From positions 2,548 through 66,547 of the forward strand of contig CANEVH010000017.1 of NCBI GenBank assembly GCA_947442105.1: a stretch of 64,000 nucleotides of DNA, written 5' to 3'. This document shows, piece after piece, positions 27,956 to 35,900 of the stretch. The translations under genes were made by a program, and so were the position numbers. Source of the stretch: Comamonadaceae bacterium. Lineage in GTDB: Bacteria > Pseudomonadota > Gammaproteobacteria > Burkholderiales > Burkholderiaceae_C. The notes beneath the pieces were generated by a model that was given only the letters and a program-made list of their open reading frames with translations, was not told the origin of the DNA and made no database searches. The stretch's first letter is position 1; every line of letters begins with the position of its first letter.

Positions 27956-28371
27956 TGTACCTGCTAGACACCAATACCCTGATCTACTTCTTCAAACAGC
28001 AGGGCCACGTGGCCGCGCATTTGCGGCAAGCGCAAGCCAGCCAGATCGCGCTGCCCGCTGTGGCCATTTTTGAACTTGAATACGGCCTGCTGCGCTCAAC
28101 CAAGCCAAACGCCCAGCAAAAAGGCATGAATGCGGTGTGCGCGGCCTACCGGGTTTTGCCGCTCGACGCCAAAAGCGCCCAATCGGCCGCCTGGGTCCGG
28201 CACACGATGGAAGTGGCAGGCACCCCCATTGGCCCGGCAGACCAGCTTATCGCAGGCATTGCGCTGGCCAAGGACTTGACGCTGGTTACCCGCAACACCC
28301 GGGAGTTTTCCCGTGTGCCGGGCTTGCGGGTGGAGAACTGGTTTGAAGCGCCGCCTACGCCCCGCTCTTAA
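27955..28371 (+). CDS. vapC: VapC toxin (PIN domain ribonuclease), second copy
   Basis: The start is ATG 27955 (MYLLDTNTLIYF). It has TPIGPADQLIAGIALA and a C-terminal RVPGLRVENW. Confidence 0.85.
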   Translation: MYLLDTNTLIYFFKQQGHVAAHLRQAQASQIALPAVAIFELEYGLLRSTKPNAQQKGMNAVCAAYRVLPLDAKSAQSAAWVRHTMEVAGTPIGPADQLIAGIALAKDLTLVTRNTREFSRVPGLRVENWFEAPPTPRS

Positions 28372-28431
28372 AACGGCGCGCGCAAACCACAAGCCGCGTC
28401 CCAGCGCCCACGTACATCCTCACAACACTGC

Positions 28432-29145
28432 ATGACTCACGCTAAAGACACCGCCCCCGGCCTCGTTCTCCAAGGCTTCATACCGCCCTTGCGCCTGGCC
28501 GACTTCAAGCTCATTGCCTTTGATATGGACTCCACGCTGATCAACATCGAATGCGTGGACGAAATTGCGGATGCCGCCGGGCGCAAAGCCGAAGTGGCCG
28601 CCATTACCGAGGCCGCCATGCGCGGCGAGATTGCAGACTACAAAGAAAGTCTGCGCCAGCGCGTGCGCCTGCTGGCTGGGGTGACGGTGGGCCAAATGCA
28701 TCAGGTGCTGGACCAGCGCCTGCAACTCAACCCCGGTGCCGCCGACCTAGTGCGCGCCTGCCAGGAGGCGGGGCTCAAAACCCTGTTGGTCAGTGGCGGC
28801 TTTACCTTTTTTACCGATCCCTTGCGCGACCGCCTGCGCATCGACTGGACGCGTTCCAACGTGCTCGAAGTATCGAGCGGCCTGCTCACCGGGCGCATGG
28901 TGGACCAGCCCTGGGGCGACATTTGCGACGGCGCCGAAAAGCGCACCATGCTGCTGCACACCTGCGCCCAGATGGGGATCGACCCCGCGCAGGCCATTGC
29001 CATGGGCGACGGCGCCAACGACCTGCCCATGATGGGCGCTGCCGGCTTGTCGGTGGCCTACCACGCTAAACCGGCGGTGCGGGCACAGGCGATGGTGGCC
29101 ATCAACTCTGGCGGCTTGGATCGACTGCTTGAGGTGCTGGTGTAA
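28432..29145 (+). CDS. serB: Phosphoserine phosphatase (HAD family)
   Basis: HAD motif I FDMDSTLI is present, with LVSGGF and the GDGANDLPM motif. Confidence 0.9.
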   Translation: MTHAKDTAPGLVLQGFIPPLRLADFKLIAFDMDSTLINIECVDEIADAAGRKAEVAAITEAAMRGEIADYKESLRQRVRLLAGVTVGQMHQVLDQRLQLNPGAADLVRACQEAGLKTLLVSGGFTFFTDPLRDRLRIDWTRSNVLEVSSGLLTGRMVDQPWGDICDGAEKRTMLLHTCAQMGIDPAQAIAMGDGANDLPMMGAAGLSVAYHAKPAVRAQAMVAINSGGLDRLLEVLV

Positions 29146-29149
29146 CTCC

Positions 29150-30252
29150 CCACGCTCTCCCCCAACCCCTCTCTCGCCCAGCGGGCGAGAGAGGGGGGCC
29201 AAACAGCCACATTTGATTTCGTCGCCTCGGCTAGGCTTCTACTGGCCTTGCACCTGTGGGTAGGCCTGCGCCACTTTAGAACGGCGCCGTCGCCGCGACG
29301 GCTTTCGGGGTTTGGGCGCTGGGGTCTTTGCCCCGCCACACCCCCCAACCCCCTCTCCTCCCCAGCGGGGAAGAGAGGGGGAGCAAAGTCCGAATTTGGT
29401 TTCTGCGCTTCGGCTAGGCTACTACTGGCGTGGTACCTGTCGGTAGGCCTGCCGCTTGGGCGCGGCGCCGTCGCCGCGACGGCTTTCGGGGTTTGGGTGC
29501 TGGGGTCTTTGCCCCGCCACACCCCCCAACCCCCTCTCCTCCCCAGCGGGGAGGAGAGGGGGAGCAAAGTCCGAATTTGGTTTCTGCGCTTCGGCTGGGC
29601 TTCTACTGGTCTGGTACCTGTGGGTACGCCAGCGACGTCTAGGAACGGCGCCGTCGCCGCGACGGCTTACGGGGTTTGGGCGCTGCCGTCTTTGCGAAGG
29701 TTCGCGGCTCCGCGCCGCCGCTACCAACCTCCGCCGCCTTTAGCCAAAGGGCAGGTCCCGGTGGTGCCCTAGCCGGAGCGACGAAATGCAATGTGGCTGG
29801 GGGGATAGGGGGAACCCCAGTAGTACCCAAGCCCCGAATTTCCGCAAAAACCGCAGCACCCAAACCCCGAAAGCCGTCGCGGCGACGGCGCCGCGCCCAA
29901 GTGCGCCAGGCATACCCACAGGTGCTAAGCCAGTAGAAGCCCAGCCGAAGCGACAAAATCAAATGCGGCTGTTCGCTCCCCCTTTCTACCCCGCCGGGGT
30001 GGAAAGGGGGCCGGGGGGATAGGGGGGGGAAACCCCAGTGATGCCCCAGCCCCAAATCTCCGCAAAGACCGCTACACCCAAACCCCGAAAGCCGTCGCGG
30101 CGACGGCGCCGCGCCCAAGTGTCGCAGGCATACCCACAGGTGCTAAGCCAGTAGAAGGCTGGCCGAAGCGACAAAATCAAATGTGGCTGTTCGCTCCCCC
30201 TTTCCACCCCGCCGGGGTGGAAAGGGGGCCGGGGGGATAGGGGGGGGAAAAG
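29150..30252. repeat. Array of about 181-218 nt structured intergenic repeats: 3 direct units, a centre, then 2 inverted units
   Basis: Direct units have hairpin centres at about 29181, 29365 and 29546. Inverted units have centres at about 29994 and 30212. Each unit carries a 14-15 bp GC hairpin with a 3-nt loop. Each also carries a conserved roughly 50 nt segment (gcaaagtccgaatttggtttctgcgcttcggctaggcttctactgg or its variant). A second hairpin, GCCGTCG-CCG-CGACGGC, completes the unit. Confidence 0.85.
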
Positions 30253-30294
30253 AAAAGCTGAAATGAAACAAGCCCCACCGCGGCTGCATAAAAG

Positions 30295-31866
30295 TCAGCC
30301 CGACAAAACTTCGGCTCGCCCCGCCTCCACGGCAAACGCCGCCAGCGTACGCACAGTGCTGTCCTGCCGCTGCACATCGTCCAGCACCCGCAGCCGCACA
30401 TTCAACTGCCCTGGCGTGAAATCAGCCAAACCATATCCCCGGTACTGCGCGTTGGCAAATACAAAGTGCGGGTTTTCTTGCAGCAGCGCGGCGAGGGTGG
30501 AATCGGTCTTGGCTGATTTGGACGTAATGCTGGTGCCGCAAAACTCCACGCCTACTTTTTTGCTACCCGGGCGCGTGTAGTCAGCCAGCACGTGGCCTAC
30601 CCAGTTTTCGTGCACATCGCCGCCCAAAATCACCGGGTTGGCCACGCCGGGCTGTTGCAGCGCGGCGGTGAGGCGGGTGCGCGCGGCGTTGTAGCCGTCC
30701 CAGCCGTCGTTCCAGAACTTTTGCGCCGGGCCCAGCGCAAAGTCGCGCGGGCCGAACAGGGTTTGCTGGCCCAACACATTCCAGCGCGTGCCGCCAGATG
30801 CCGATGCGGCCAGCGCGCCCGAGAGCCACTTTTCTTGCGCGCCACCCAAAAAGCTGCGCGCGGGGTCGTTCCAGGGCGGGCAAGTTTCGGGGCGCACGAT
30901 GGACGAGCCAGTTTTGCCGTCCGCGTTGCAAACCTGCGGGTCTTTGTACTGGCGGGCGTCTAGCAGATACAAACTAGCCAGATTGCCGTAGGCGAGTTGG
31001 CCATACAGCCGCATCTCCGCGCCCTGCCCCAGGCCGCCCAGGGCCTGCGTGAGCACACTGGCGCGCAGCGGCATGTTCTCGTAATACGCCTGGTAGGCGG
31101 CAGCGCGGCGCGCGGCAAAGTCCGGCGCGCTGACCAGGCCGTCACCGGCTTGCGGGCCAGCGTAGTCGTTTTGCACTTCGTGGTCGTCCCAGGTGATGAG
31201 CCAGGGGCAGGCGGCGTGCAGGGCTTGCAGGTCGGGGTCGCTTTTGTACAAGGCGTAGCGGGCGCGGTAGTCGTCCAGCGTCAGCACCCAGCCGCCGCCG
31301 GGCTTGCGCAGCTTGCTGCCAGTGCCGGGGTATTCGTAAAGGTAGTCGCCCAAAAACAGCACCAGGTCGGGTGCATCGGCCAGCAGGTGGCGCCAGGCGC
31401 TGAAGTAGCCGTCTTCCCACTTTTGGCAGGAGGCGTAGGCCAGACGCAGGCTCGCCACCGCACTGCCAGGCGCGGGTAAGGTGCGGGTCTGGCCGGTGGC
31501 GCTGACGGCATCGCCCAGCAAAAAGCGGTAGTGGTAGGCACGCGCAGGCTCCAGACCGGCCACTTCCACGTGCACCGACCAGCCCAGCGCCGCACTGGCC
31601 AGGCTGTGGCCGCGCTGCACCACGCGGGCAAATTGCGCGTCGTGGGCCAGTTCCCAGCACACTGCGGCCGTGCCCTCAGGCTTAGGGCGCAGGGCTTTGG
31701 GGTCCAGCCGGGTCCAGAGCACCACGCCGTCTGCGGTGGGAGAGCCACTGGCCACGCCGCAATAAAAGGGATAGTCCAAGGCAGGGGTTTGGCTCTGGGC
31801 GCTGCGCGGTAGCCAAAGGCCCTGGCTGGCTGCGGCGGCCCAAAGCAATGCATCGCGGCGATTCAT
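30295..31866 (-). CDS. phoD: Alkaline phosphatase D family protein (Tat-exported)
   Basis: A twin-arginine signal is present (MNRRDALLWAAAASQGLWLP). Metallophosphatase motifs (FLGDYLYEY, WDDHEVQNDY) also match PhoD. Confidence 0.9.
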   Translation of the reverse strand: MNRRDALLWAAAASQGLWLPRSAQSQTPALDYPFYCGVASGSPTADGVVLWTRLDPKALRPKPEGTAAVCWELAHDAQFARVVQRGHSLASAALGWSVHVEVAGLEPARAYHYRFLLGDAVSATGQTRTLPAPGSAVASLRLAYASCQKWEDGYFSAWRHLLADAPDLVLFLGDYLYEYPGTGSKLRKPGGGWVLTLDDYRARYALYKSDPDLQALHAACPWLITWDDHEVQNDYAGPQAGDGLVSAPDFAARRAAAYQAYYENMPLRASVLTQALGGLGQGAEMRLYGQLAYGNLASLYLLDARQYKDPQVCNADGKTGSSIVRPETCPPWNDPARSFLGGAQEKWLSGALAASASGGTRWNVLGQQTLFGPRDFALGPAQKFWNDGWDGYNAARTRLTAALQQPGVANPVILGGDVHENWVGHVLADYTRPGSKKVGVEFCGTSITSKSAKTDSTLAALLQENPHFVFANAQYRGYGLADFTPGQLNVRLRVLDDVQRQDSTVRTLAAFAVEAGRAEVLSG

Positions 31867-32615
31867 GGCGGCAAGCGTGCAGACCGGCTGCGCCAGGTGT
31901 GGTAGTCAAACACCAGGGGCCGCGTCACCAACACCACCAGCAGCAGCGCCAGGGGCACGGTCATCCCATAGCCTGCGGCCTTAAAGCCCCAAGCGCCCGT
32001 CAGTGCGCCAGTGATGAAACCCAGCAAAAGCTGGCTGTGCGACCGCAGCTTGTTGCGGTTGGCCAGCACCCGTGGGTGATGGGGAAAACTGCGGTTGACA
32101 TAAAACAGGCGCCCTAGCTCAATGCCGATGTCGGTCACCAAGCCGGTGATGTGCGTGGTGCGAATCTCAGCGTTGGACTTTTTGGTGATCAGCGCGTTTT
32201 GCAGGCCCATGATGAAGCACAAAAGCACCACGGTGTAGGGCACCAGCGCCACGCTGCGCGCGTCAATGGCGGCGCCAAACAAGCCAAACACCAGCAACAA
32301 GGCAGCCTCCACCAAGAGCGGCACACCGTAAGCACTGCGCAAATTGCGCCGCAGCGCCCATTCCACAGTCATGGTCGTGGTGACCGCACCGCCCATAAAG
32401 GCGATGAGCGAGCCAAAACCAATCCACACCGTCAGCCCGTGGCCCAAAACCAGGTTGTCGGCCATGGCGGACACCACGCCGCTCATGTGCGAGGTGTACA
32501 TGCCCACCGCCAAAAAACCACCCGCGTTGGCGGCCCCGGCCACAAAGCACAACACCACGCCCAAGGGCACGTTGGCGCCTGCGGGCCGCTGGGCGTCGGT
32601 CAGGCCCAGCGTCAT
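31863..32615 (-). CDS. YoaK/DUF1275 family membrane protein
   Basis: The polytopic protein carries GAANAGGFLAVGMYTSHMSG and HITGLVTDIGIELG. It has ATGA overlaps with both neighbours. Confidence 0.8.
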   Translation of the reverse strand: MTLGLTDAQRPAGANVPLGVVLCFVAGAANAGGFLAVGMYTSHMSGVVSAMADNLVLGHGLTVWIGFGSLIAFMGGAVTTTMTVEWALRRNLRSAYGVPLLVEAALLLVFGLFGAAIDARSVALVPYTVVLLCFIMGLQNALITKKSNAEIRTTHITGLVTDIGIELGRLFYVNRSFPHHPRVLANRNKLRSHSQLLLGFITGALTGAWGFKAAGYGMTVPLALLLVVLVTRPLVFDYHTWRSRSARLPP

Positions 32616-33808
32616 TGCAAAGCGTGGCCCAGACGGGTAACGCCCTCTTCAATCTTGGCCACATCCGCCGTGGCAAAGCTCAGGCGCAGGGTGGCGGGGT
32701 CCGGGTCATGTGCATAAAACGGCGCGCCCGGCACAAAGGCCACCAAGCGCTCAATGGCGCGCTTGGCAAATTCAGCGGCGTTAGCAGGGCCGCCCTCGGC
32801 GCCCGTGAGCCGCGCCCAGAAAAACATGCCGCCCTTGGGCGCGTCGAAAGAAATGGCCTCGCCCAGGGTGCTTTGCAGGCTGGCGGCCATCACGCGGGCG
32901 CGCTCGGCGTAGGTGCTGCGTACCCGCGCCAGCGCGGTGTCGAGCCGACCCAGCGTGAGGTAGTGCGCGCCAATGGCTTGCGTCAGGTTGCTGGTATGCG
33001 CGTCGCTGAACTGCTTGCACATGGTGGCGCGCGCCAGCAGCTCCGGCGGCGCAATCATCCAGCCCACGCGCAAACCGGGGCTCAAGACCTTGCTCAGGCT
33101 GCCGCAGTGCACCAAGTATTCCCGGCTGCCCGGCACTTGGTCGCTTAAAGCCAACAAGCTGGGAGGAGGAGCCTGGTCAAAGTACAGCTCGCCATACGGG
33201 TCGTCTTCCACAATCAGGGTGTGGGTGCGCGCTGCCATTTGCAGCACGCGCAGGCGGCGCTCCAGGCTCAAAGTGGCGCCGCTCGGGTTGCCAAAGGTGG
33301 GAATCAGGTACACCAGTTTGGGCTTGTGCTCGTCAATCAACTGCCCCAGCCGGTCCACGTCCACGCCGTGGGCGTCAATCGGGGCGCCGATCAAATGCGC
33401 GCCGTAGAGGCGAAAGCACTGGATGGTGGCCAAAAACGTGGGCGCTTCAACGATGACCTTGTCGCCCGGCGAGATCATGGTCTTGCCAACCAGGTCCAGC
33501 GCTTGCTGGCTGCCGGTGGTAACGATCAGGCCGTCTGGTGCGACGGTGGCGCCCTTGCCCGCCATAAAGTGGCTTATCTGCTCGCGCAGCGGGCCCCAGC
33601 CTTCGGTCGCGCCATATTGCAGCACCGGGCCGGGGTTGTGGGAGAGCACCGCATCCGCAGACATTTGCAGTCCCTCCACGTCGAACAGGGCGGGGTCTGG
33701 AAAGCCCCCGGCAAAGCTGATGATGCCGGGCTTGCCCAGCAGCTTGAACAGTTCGCGGATGGCGGAGGTTTCGATGTTTTGCAGGCGGTCGGCAAATTGC
33801 AGGGGCAT
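32612..33808 (-). CDS. PLP-dependent aminotransferase (class I/II fold)
   Basis: The 398 aa protein has the lysine motif SLSKVLSPGLRVGW and N-terminal IISFAGGFPDP. Confidence 0.85.
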   Translation of the reverse strand: MPLQFADRLQNIETSAIRELFKLLGKPGIISFAGGFPDPALFDVEGLQMSADAVLSHNPGPVLQYGATEGWGPLREQISHFMAGKGATVAPDGLIVTTGSQQALDLVGKTMISPGDKVIVEAPTFLATIQCFRLYGAHLIGAPIDAHGVDVDRLGQLIDEHKPKLVYLIPTFGNPSGATLSLERRLRVLQMAARTHTLIVEDDPYGELYFDQAPPPSLLALSDQVPGSREYLVHCGSLSKVLSPGLRVGWMIAPPELLARATMCKQFSDAHTSNLTQAIGAHYLTLGRLDTALARVRSTYAERARVMAASLQSTLGEAISFDAPKGGMFFWARLTGAEGGPANAAEFAKRAIERLVAFVPGAPFYAHDPDPATLRLSFATADVAKIEEGVTRLGHALQ

Positions 33809-33878
33809 GGTGTATCTTGTCCTCGTGGTTTTGCCGCTATTGTCTTCTTTTCAATCCGCCCGCCCAACCATCCACCCT

Positions 33879-34526
33879 ATGAACGCCACCCAGATCGAGA
33901 CCTTCTTCGCCACCCTGCAAGCGGCCAATCCGCACCCGCAAACCGAGCTGCACTACGCCAGCGTGTTTGAGCTGCTGGCCGCCGTGCTGCTCTCGGCCCA
34001 GGCCACCGACGTGGGCGTGAACAAGGCCACGCGCGGCCTATTTGCGGTGGCCAATACGCCGCAAAAAATCATCGCGCTGGGCCTGGAGGGCCTGGAAGCG
34101 CAGATTAAAACCATAGGCCTGTTTCGCAGCAAGGCGCGCCATCTCTTGCAAACCTGCGAGATTTTGGTCGCGCAACACGGCGGCGTGGTGCCCCGCACCC
34201 GCGAGGCGCTCGAAGCCCTGCCCGGCGTAGGCCGCAAAACCGCCAACGTGGTGCTGAATGTGGCCTTTGGCGAACCCACCATGGCGGTCGACACCCACCT
34301 GTTTCGCCTGGGCAACCGCACCGGCCTAGCGCCAGGCAAAACGCCCTTGGCCGTCGAACTCAAACTGCTCAAACGCATCCCCAAAAAATACCTGGTGGAC
34401 GCCCACCACTGGCTCATATTGCACGGCCGCTACGTCTGCCAAGCGCGCACGCCGCAGTGCGGCCAGTGTGCGGTTGCTGGAGTTTGTGGGTTTAAGGGCA
34501 AGACGGGGCTCCCGCCCAAACCCTAG
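33879..34526 (+). CDS. nth: Endonuclease III
   Basis: The start is ATG 33879. It has the HhH motif [13 protein letters not shown] and the C-terminal 4Fe-4S cluster C-x6-C-x2-C-x5-C ([17 protein letters not shown]). Confidence 0.93.
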   Translation: MNATQIETFFATLQAANPHPQTELHYASVFELLAAVLLSAQATDVGVNKATRGLFAVANTPQKIIALGLEGLEAQIKTIGLFRSKARHLLQTCEILVAQHGGVVPRTREALEALPGVGRKTANVVLNVAFGEPTMAVDTHLFRLGNRTGLAPGKTPLAVELKLLKRIPKKYLVDAHHWLILHGRYVCQARTPQCGQCAVAGVCGFKGKTGLPPKP

Positions 34527-35803
34527 CCCCGCACTTCCCCTTGCCCCAGTACCACGTATTTCAGCGAGGTCAGCCCCTCAATTCCCACCGGGCCACGGGC
34601 GTGGAATTTGTCGGTAGAAATGCCGATTTCTGCGCCCAGTCCGTACTCGAAGCCGTCGGCAAATCGGGTGCTGGTGTTGACCATGACGCTGGCCGAATCC
34701 ACCTCGCGCAAAAAACGCTGGGCGTGCATGTGGTCGCGGGTGAGGATGGCGTCGGTGTGGTGGCTGGAATAGTGGTTGATATGGGCAATAGCTGCGTCCA
34801 CGCCGTCCACCACCTTGATGCTGATGATGGGCGCCAGGTATTCCTCAAACCAGTCTTGCTCGCTGGCAATCTGCACATTGGCGCCGGGCACCGCTGCCAA
34901 TATCGCTTCCGATTCGGGGCAGCAGCGCATTTCCACGCCTTTGGCGGCGTAAATCGCGCCTATGCGGGGCAAAAACGCGGCAGCCACGCCGCGCGCCACC
35001 AGCAGGCTTTCGCTGGCGTTGCAGGGGCTGTATTTTTGGGTTTTGGCGTTGTCAGCCACCGTAACGGCCATGTCCAGGTCGCAAGGGTCGTCCACGTAAG
35101 TGTGGCAGTTGCCGTCCAGGTGCTTGATCACGGGCACTTTGGCGTCGCGGCTGATGCGCTCAATCAAGCCCTTGCCGCCGCGCGGAATGATCACGTCCAC
35201 ATACTGCGGCATGGTGATGAGCTCGCCCACCATGGCGCGGTCGGTGGTTTGCACCAGTTGGACCGCGTGCGCGGGCAGACCGCTTTCCACTAGCGCCTGC
35301 TCGACCAGCAGCGCCAGCGCCTTGTTGGAGTCAATCGCCTCCGAGCCGCCGCGCAAGATGCAGGCGTTGCCGCTCTTGATACTCAGGCTCGCGGCCTCAA
35401 TGGTGACGTTGGGCCGGCTCTCGAACACCATGCCAAACACGCCAATGGGCACACGCATTTGGCCCACGCGGATGCCGCTGGGCTGCTGCTTCATGCCGAG
35501 GATCTCACCAATCACGTCAGCCATGGCGGCGAGCTGCTCGCAGCCCTGGGCGCAGGTTTCCAGCACCTTGGGAGTGAGGCGCAGGCGGTCCACCATGGGC
35601 GCGGCAAGTCCTGCGACGCTTGCGCGGTCCAGGTCTTTGGCGTTTTCTATTTGCAGCGCGGCGGTGTTGTCGCGCAGCAGGGCGGCCAGCCGGGTCAGCG
35701 CCTGGTTTTTGCGCGCGGTGCTGGCAGCGGCCATCAGGGCGCTGGCGGCTTTGGCCTGGGTGCCCAGGGTCAATGCAGTGTCAGAGAGGGTAATTTGAGT
35801 CAT
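34523..35803 (-). CDS. proA: Gamma-glutamyl phosphate reductase
   Basis: The start is ATG 35803 (MTQITLSD...). The ALDH-like ProA sequence includes the catalytic region [12 protein letters not shown]. Its stop overlaps the nth stop by 4 nt. Confidence 0.93.
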   Translation of the reverse strand: MTQITLSDTALTLGTQAKAASALMAAASTARKNQALTRLAALLRDNTAALQIENAKDLDRASVAGLAAPMVDRLRLTPKVLETCAQGCEQLAAMADVIGEILGMKQQPSGIRVGQMRVPIGVFGMVFESRPNVTIEAASLSIKSGNACILRGGSEAIDSNKALALLVEQALVESGLPAHAVQLVQTTDRAMVGELITMPQYVDVIIPRGGKGLIERISRDAKVPVIKHLDGNCHTYVDDPCDLDMAVTVADNAKTQKYSPCNASESLLVARGVAAAFLPRIGAIYAAKGVEMRCCPESEAILAAVPGANVQIASEQDWFEEYLAPIISIKVVDGVDAAIAHINHYSSHHTDAILTRDHMHAQRFLREVDSASVMVNTSTRFADGFEYGLGAEIGISTDKFHARGPVGIEGLTSLKYVVLGQGEVRG

Positions 35804-35900
35804 AGGCGGACATTGTGATGGATATCGAGCGGCATGGGCGAAGCAGCAGGCATGAAGAACGTCGGCGCCCAACGCCTGGGCCAACGCTGCCGAATTAATG

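Noticed and set aside
29058-30207. Several 70-170 aa ORFs on both strands inside the repeat array, for example peptides containing APSPRRLSGFG.
   Set aside because: They exist only because the repeat units lack stops. The same peptide segments recur with the DNA repeat, in both orientations and in several frames. There are no start or RBS signals.
29150-30252. The possibility that the repeat array is a CRISPR locus.
   Set aside because: The units are 181-218 nt with no short conserved repeat alternating with unique spacers. Nearly the whole unit is conserved and the orientation flips mid-array. No cas genes are present in the window.
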